Shown: positions 63,912 through 64,000 of the stretch, piece by piece | Layout: every line of letters begins with the position of its first letter | Position numbering within the stretch: position 1 is the first letter of the stretch | From: Parasitella parasitica NRRL 2501 | Taxonomy: Eukaryota; Fungi; Mucoromycota | Assembly: GCA_025201805.1 (NCBI GenBank) | Contig: MU619244.1 | Coordinates: 46,821-110,820 of the forward strand | Length of the DNA: 64,000 nucleotides | Direction: 5' to 3' | The notes under the pieces: generated by a model | What the model was told of the DNA's origin: nothing | What the model saw: the letters and a program-made list of their open reading frames with translations, nothing else | Database searches by the model: none | Translations under genes and position numbers: made by a program

Positions 63912-64000
63912 TTTTATACACCCCCCCGAACTACGGTGAAAATAATCGACCTTCGCTTCGCTACGGTGATATTTTCCGACCTTCGTTCTTATTGGGGGGT
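63912..64000. mobile_element. Terminal stem-loop of a probable rolling-circle (Helentron/HINE-like) element running out of the window
   Basis: ttttatacaccccccc start; roughly 80-nt imperfect palindrome acccccc-gaac..ggt.gaaaata..acc / ggt..tattttc..acc..gttc..ggggggt. Confidence 0.45.

Noticed and set aside
1-64000. tRNA or rRNA genes
   Set aside because: No cloverleaf with A/B boxes or rRNA-like sequence was recognised by eye; tRNAscan-SE or Infernal would be needed to exclude them.

Overview
Eukaryotic, low-GC, intron-rich (mostly 55-70 nt introns) fungal DNA, most consistent with a Mucorales genome (Mucor/Parasitella-like), with three assembly gaps. About 24 protein-coding genes can be modelled. 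They include a small CaaX-terminated protein, a secreted polyamine oxidase, a divergent STE12 / Cla4-type PAK kinase pair, two C2H2 transcription factors, tandem RING E3 ligases (Psh1-like and RFWD3-like), VPS52, a LEA_2-like membrane protein, a Skg3/Caf120-like PH protein, two HMG-box proteins, an intron-containing RlmN radical-SAM methyltransferase, an FG-nucleoporin, a beta-TrCP/FWD-1 F-box protein, HSP90, a chorismate-lyase-like protein, a divergent RPL35/RPL43 pair, an ankyrin protein and a penta-EF-hand protein with a decayed tandem paralog. Two decayed mobile islands (about 24.8-29.1 kb and 58.8-60.7 kb) combine Helitron or Tc1/IS630 remnants with PD-(D/E)xK nuclease-like pseudogenes. 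The most intriguing but speculative signal is a 107-aa ORF ending RK-ADELFIDYSEK-CVVM, shaped like a lipopeptide-pheromone precursor and lying within about 10 kb of STE12 and a PAK kinase, which recalls basidiomycete pheromone/receptor loci. All family assignments are from motif recognition by eye; no database searches were run.
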